Below are positions 59,352 through 64,000 of a stretch of 64,000 bases of DNA, one piece after another (the first letter of the stretch is position 1; each line of letters opens with the position of its first letter). The notes under the pieces were generated by a model. The model saw only the letters and a list, made by a program, of their open reading frames with translations, ran no database searches and was not told the DNA's origin. The position numbers were made by a program, and so were the translations under genes. This DNA comes from a virus: the IMG/VR virus record IMGVR_UViG_3300049645_000091. One strand, 5' to 3'.

Positions 59352-59929
59352 GTTGCGGGCGGAACTCTATACCTGGGGTTATCCATAACAAGTTCTTTAG
59401 CTACACGATTTGGGCCGGACCAATGGTAATCATGCATGCAGATCCACCCACCCTTTACCACATTACTACCCCAATGAACAAAATCGTACTTTACATCCTC
59501 ATACTCATGGGAGCCGTCTATAAACAACATCCCAATCGCCCCAAAATGCTTCTCATATGCCTCTTTCGAGGTCATCTGGTAGGGGCGCACAATATCAAAC
59601 ATGTGGAGGGATTCTATATTTTCTCTAAACTCGTCCCACGTATTACAGTGGGGATCAAGTTCGCGATGTTCTTTGGAGCCTGTAAACGGGTCAACAGTAT
59701 ATATTAGGGGGTGGGCTGGGTTGTTTCGCGATGCAAATCCCAGGGTCGCAGTTGATCTGCCTTTCCATGCTCCAATCTCAACAATCGGGCCGGTTACCTC
59801 GCTCGCGATGATATACAAAACGCGGGCCTCTTCCTTTGCAAGCCATCCACCAATCTTGTCTATTGTGGGCCAATCTAACTCAAATTGTTCATCGTTCATT
59901 ATTATACCTTCTATTTTACCTAGCGTCAT
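59315..59929 (-). CDS. Class I SAM-dependent methyltransferase (Methyltransf_24-like)
   Basis: VEIGAWKGRS, FIDGSHEYEDV, GGWICMHD. Confidence 0.88.
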   Translation of the reverse strand: MTLGKIEGIIMNDEQFELDWPTIDKIGGWLAKEEARVLYIIASEVTGPIVEIGAWKGRSTATLGFASRNNPAHPLIYTVDPFTGSKEHRELDPHCNTWDEFRENIESLHMFDIVRPYQMTSKEAYEKHFGAIGMLFIDGSHEYEDVKYDFVHWGSNVVKGGWICMHDYHWSGPNRVAKELVMDNPRYRVPPATWGDLFPIQVVS

Positions 59930-59964
59930 CTTTATATATATGCTTTTCTATATAGGTAGTTGAG

Positions 59965-60240
59965 GTGAGAACTATTACCTACAGAACAAAATGGGATGAT
60001 GATGGCCCGAGCTTGGAAGATATGCATGATAAGTGGAACGATCTGTTTGACCGCCTATGTGCAATAGATGATATGATTGAAGCACTAAACGGGGATAAAG
60101 ACGAGAAAAATCTCGTTAAGGATGGACCAAGTTGGCAGGAGATTCATCGCCAAATTGAAACTTTAAAATTGGAAAGAAAAGAAGTAGACAGAAGATTATA
60201 TAGCCTTCAAATGGACATAAATATTTTTAAGGGATATTAA
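59965..60240 (+). CDS. Hypothetical coiled-coil protein
   Basis: ORF. Confidence 0.45.
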   Translation: MRTITYRTKWDDDGPSLEDMHDKWNDLFDRLCAIDDMIEALNGDKDEKNLVKDGPSWQEIHRQIETLKLERKEVDRRLYSLQMDINIFKGY

Positions 60241-60638
60241 TGAACGGGAAAATTGGTGCAATGGTAACCATCTTTATGATGGTAGGTATGGCGGTTGGAT
60301 TTGGTGGTTGGGACGATTCCAAGTCTTATGCCGATAACGTTAAGAATATCTTTTCCACCAATGTTATCAACTTTAGCGATGGGCCACACAGCCCCGAGCT
60401 AAATTGGAGCGATGGGGATAAGCCGGTTCGCGCAGTTGATGGAACGCCATTCGGGTATGTAGCTGAGCAGGACGTAGTTGCCAGGAAGAACGCGGTATTT
60501 TTGGGCATGAACGGCAGTGATCCATACGCCGAAAATCTATCACTTGCCAAACCCACCCACGCAGTTGATAAATCATGGGATGGAGTAGTGACCGAGGAGG
60601 ATGCAGTTAACAAGAAGATCGCAGAGTTCATGGGGTAA
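60240..60638 (+). CDS. Putative secreted protein
   Basis: Signal-peptide-like N-terminus. Confidence 0.5.
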   Translation: MNGKIGAMVTIFMMVGMAVGFGGWDDSKSYADNVKNIFSTNVINFSDGPHSPELNWSDGDKPVRAVDGTPFGYVAEQDVVARKNAVFLGMNGSDPYAENLSLAKPTHAVDKSWDGVVTEEDAVNKKIAEFMG

Positions 60639-60797
60639 GTAAATACTTACTCCACTTATCTTCAACATCTCTTTTATTATGGTCTAATTTGCTCATAGCT
60701 CGACTTTCTCCACGTTCCAATACATAATTCTTCCATAACTATGAAAGTCTCGCTACGGGTCTATAAAGTGGCTTGTAGGACATGCTACAGTTCTAGA

Positions 60798-61520
60798 TCA
60801 CGGTGCAATTTTTTGTATGAATTTGAGTGAGTAATACATCGGAGTTATCGTGAACGGGTCACTTGAAAAACTTGATGAATGAGTGTGGGGATCGGCGGTA
60901 GCTTTCCCAATATTGCTGTTTCCAGTGTTATCAACATTGTAATATGCAGATGGATGCTGTGAACCACTGCCTTCCGAATTATATCCACATCCACCAGAAT
61001 TAGGCCGTGAAGATCTATCTTTCATTGAATGTTGATGGCCTGCTATTTCTGCGGCTGAAAGAGAGTGCCCCGATATTGTAACCGCTCCCACTATGGTGTG
61101 AGTACCACTTCCAGTATCTCCCACATTGTAATCTGAGCCAGTGCCTGCGCCAACCACAAACCTATCGCGGAGGTCCACCGTGCCAGACGTACCATCACAT
61201 AGGTGCCAACCATCAGGAACCGTTTCCCCCGACCACATTATGATTAGGCCAGTTGGAACACTTAACCCATCAAAATCTTCTATGTGGAGGTTACCACCCG
61301 AATAATAGATCAAATCGGCATCCGCACCCGACCCACTTCCATCATTATCAACTCCCCAGAATTTAGCAAGCATTTCACTTTTTGTATAATAATCATCTGT
61401 ATGAACATGAGATGATAGATGAGAGGATGCTTCGCTATATTGAGTTTCAAAGTTATTTAATTCGGTTGTGGTTATTTTGTTGGCGCTCGTCCAGGTGGTA
61501 TAATTTTTTATGTATCCCAT
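60798..61520 (-). CDS. Tail fibre / tail-collar domain protein
   Basis: PTGLIIMWSG..PDGWHLCDG..GTVDLRDRFVVG. Confidence 0.85.
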   Translation of the reverse strand: MGYIKNYTTWTSANKITTTELNNFETQYSEASSHLSSHVHTDDYYTKSEMLAKFWGVDNDGSGSGADADLIYYSGGNLHIEDFDGLSVPTGLIIMWSGETVPDGWHLCDGTSGTVDLRDRFVVGAGTGSDYNVGDTGSGTHTIVGAVTISGHSLSAAEIAGHQHSMKDRSSRPNSGGCGYNSEGSGSQHPSAYYNVDNTGNSNIGKATADPHTHSSSFSSDPFTITPMYYSLKFIQKIAP

Positions 61521-62245
61521 TATGTCACCTTCATTATATAATAAAGAGAATAGTAGTATGGTTCGTATGTTATATCATCGAAGGTTATGGTGTTTCCAGT
61601 ATGAGTATGACCCAGACCCCCGCCCGCATATCCAGTAGTACGATTCATCGTTAATGCGGTTCCAAGTGGGCCTGTTGAAGGAATAGGTGAGTAGCATATT
61701 CCGGCAACTCCATTTGTATGGTCTTGCCAAGTGTGGGTGTGAATTGGCATCTCATCAGCCGTTATAGCATGAGCAGTAACCGTAAATGATGCCGTAACTG
61801 AGGTTGAGGTTGCGCCCCCTGTGTCGCCAACATTATAAGTAGTACCCGCGCCCACTATGAATCGTTGACGCAAGTCGGGGGTTGTAACTGCTCCTATTGT
61901 CTGCCCATTGCATATATACCACCCAGTAGGAATAGTATCTGAATCGCCATGCCATATTACTATAGCACCGACTGGTAAACCCTCATTTATGATATCAGTA
62001 TAATGAGAACCATCCAGTGTATCAGCGTCAAATCCAGTGTAGTATGAGGTGGTAAAAAAGTCTAAATCACTCGAAGTCTTAGTATAATGTTGGGTATCGT
62101 GATTATGTTCGTCAGCATCCTTTTTTATCTCATCCCATTGCGACTCAATATGATTGAATGCTCTGCCCGACAAATAATGAGTTGTTTCCCAGGGATCATG
62201 AAATTTTGTATATGCCATTTTTATCATCCTTTCATTATAAAACAA
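61520..62245 (-). CDS. Tail fibre / tail-collar domain protein
   Basis: PVGAIVIWHG..PTGWYICNG..TPDLRQRFIVG. Confidence 0.85.
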   Translation of the reverse strand: MFYNERMIKMAYTKFHDPWETTHYLSGRAFNHIESQWDEIKKDADEHNHDTQHYTKTSSDLDFFTTSYYTGFDADTLDGSHYTDIINEGLPVGAIVIWHGDSDTIPTGWYICNGQTIGAVTTPDLRQRFIVGAGTTYNVGDTGGATSTSVTASFTVTAHAITADEMPIHTHTWQDHTNGVAGICYSPIPSTGPLGTALTMNRTTGYAGGGLGHTHTGNTITFDDITYEPYYYSLYYIMKVT

Positions 62246-62907
62246 AGTGCATAAAACTTGGGCCTGATGTCGGTATATCCGCCAGTAAAATATGATCCAC
62301 TATGGCCGTGGGGCGTTGATGCAACTTCAGTGGTCGCAGAATCGACATCATAAGATGTGCCATATTGAGAAAATACACCATCAGCACCACCCGAATCCCC
62401 TTTATAATCATCGATATATGAATGGTAATGGGGGGGCAATTCATCGGCGGTTATTGCGTGAGTTCCAACGGCAATAGACGCCGCAGATAAAATTTTGTGA
62501 CTAGCTCCACCTGTAGTCCCATATGCGTGATCATCACCCACCGCTATAACAAATCGATTTCTAAGGTCTGGAGTACCATTTAACCCATTACATAGATACC
62601 ATCCAGCCGGTATGGATGCTTCTGACCCACTCCAAATACAAATTGTGCCAGTATCTATACCAGCATCAAGTATCTGTTGGGCCGTAAGTCCATCCAGCGT
62701 TTCACAAATAACCCCGGACCCAGAACCATCATTAGCAGCCGTTATGTACTTCGCATCGCACTCAGCTTTTGTATAATATCGCTCGGCGTGGGTGATGCTA
62801 TTTATGTAAGAAACCGCCTCATCATAAATACACTCTAGATTGGTCAGTGCGGCATTTTTGGCAGATTCCGTCATCGAGTGCTCGCGCCAGGAAGTCTTAG
62901 TGTACAA
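62224..62907 (-). CDS. Tail fibre / tail-collar domain protein
   Basis: GTICIWSG..PAGWYLCNG..GTPDLRNRFVI. Confidence 0.85.
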   Translation of the reverse strand: MYTKTSWREHSMTESAKNAALTNLECIYDEAVSYINSITHAERYYTKAECDAKYITAANDGSGSGVICETLDGLTAQQILDAGIDTGTICIWSGSEASIPAGWYLCNGLNGTPDLRNRFVIAVGDDHAYGTTGGASHKILSAASIAVGTHAITADELPPHYHSYIDDYKGDSGGADGVFSQYGTSYDVDSATTEVASTPHGHSGSYFTGGYTDIRPKFYALCFIMKG

Positions 62908-62911
62908 ATTA

Positions 62912-64000
62912 TCAACTCCACTTATTGCTTGTAAACTGTAGTTGTAAACTTTCCAGTGAGTTTTTAGTATATATGAAAGAATGAGTTTCTACTTCGATGC
63001 CGGTTCCGGGGGTAATTGTCGCAGTATCCCCACCCACCAAAACGGCCTGATCAATCTCTCCATTGGCAGACCCAGACGGTATTATAAATGTAGTAACTAT
63101 TGAATCGCTCGTTGTTGTTTGGTCCGTTCGATACATTCTGAAAATCTCAGCCCCACTCTTTTTAAGCACCAGATATTTTATTCGGTCGCTATCCTCAAAG
63201 CATGGTAACCACGCCTCAGATGCATCTTCTGTACCGTCTGCATAAACTACCTGCCAAATATTAGGCGATTCGATAGCCGTCCACAGCTTAGTAAACGTTA
63301 TGAGAACTAATAATACGTCCGATGTGCTAACATCATCGGGACTAGCCATTTTCTTTTGTATATCACTCAATTTAATGAAAATGTCTTCCCAATCATCTTC
63401 AACTGGCCCGGTATAAGCAACCACATCATAGTAATCCTGTTGATTGGTATATCGAAACGTTATATTGCTTATTAGGCAATCATCGTCAATATCATGCTTG
63501 GATATCTTTATGTGTTGGAGTACACCTGCCGCTAGACCATCCCTAGAGGTCGTGTACTCGACTTTCTTACCTTCCATCGCATATACATCAAGGATGGCGT
63601 TAGCCTCTTCCAGGGCTGCTATACGGCTCGACAACGAGGTATCTGAGCGAACGTTCTCCACTATCCCAGAAGACTCCGCGCCTTCTACAGTCTGTCTATC
63701 AATAATCTCAGCAAAATCGCTAGTTACTACCACTATTTGATAAAGGCCGGTATATACTATCTTCAAAACATCAGTTTCGGCTAGAGCGGTAGCACTAGAA
63801 TCCTGTGAAATTATTTGGTCATTTTTGGCCCAATACCAATCCTTCCCAGTATCTACGCCTTTCTTACCGACCGTTTTTAAAGTATAATCTCCACCCCCCA
63901 CTGACACATAAACTTTTGGTTCTCCACCAAGTTTATAAGCAACTGGAAAAGAAGTAGTTTGTCCATCACCTTTAGCATATTCTGTTTGGATGTCGGTTTC
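62912..64000 (-). CDS. Tail/baseplate protein (5' end beyond the window)
   Basis: The frame stays open upstream of the called start at 63907 to the window edge; lies upstream of the tail-collar genes. Confidence 0.6.
   Translation of the reverse strand, partial: ETDIQTEYAKGDGQTTSFPVAYKLGGEPKVYVSVGGGDYTLKTVGKKGVDTGKDWYWAKNDQIISQDSSATALAETDVLKIVYTGLYQIVVVTSDFAEIIDRQTVEGAESSGIVENVRSDTSLSSRIAALEEANAILDVYAMEGKKVEYTTSRDGLAAGVLQHIKISKHDIDDDCLISNITFRYTNQQDYYDVVAYTGPVEDDWEDIFIKLSDIQKKMASPDDVSTSDVLLVLITFTKLWTAIESPNIWQVVYADGTEDASEAWLPCFEDSDRIKYLVLKKSGAEIFRMYRTDQTTTSDSIVTTFIIPSGSANGEIDQAVLVGGDTATITPGTGIEVETHSFIYTKNSLESLQLQFTSNKWS

Overview
The window holds most of the genome of a head-tail (siphovirus-like) archaeal virus. 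The host is probably a methanogen such as Methanothrix (inference from archaeal-type PolB, ThyA, dUTPase and TATA promoters, and Methanothrix-like secreted proteins). The left part (minus strand) is the morphogenesis operon: terminase, portal, protease/scaffold, capsid, neck, tail tube, tail chaperones and tape measure. The centre and right carry small early genes, tRNA-like genes, nucleotide metabolism (dUTPase, ThyA, NrdDG), replication/recombination genes (PolB, D5-like helicase, ERCC4, AAA ATPase, PD-(D/E)XK exonuclease) and an intein-containing DNA methyltransferase. Tail-collar genes close the right end. There are four TnpB-family genes. Three are ordinary IS200/IS605 insertions. The fourth (36377-37657) has no IS ends and carries a ~50-aa N-terminal insertion. 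It is followed by an omegaRNA-derived scaffold with an anti-repeat and a 37-bp-repeat CRISPR mini-array. Two of the spacers encode homologues of this virus's own genes (PolB motif A and ORF 47980-48459). A second stand-alone scaffold plus repeat sits at 33.6-33.8 kb. This looks like a virus-encoded TnpB-to-Cas12 intermediate CRISPR system aimed at competing elements. Product calls come from reading motifs, not from database searches.
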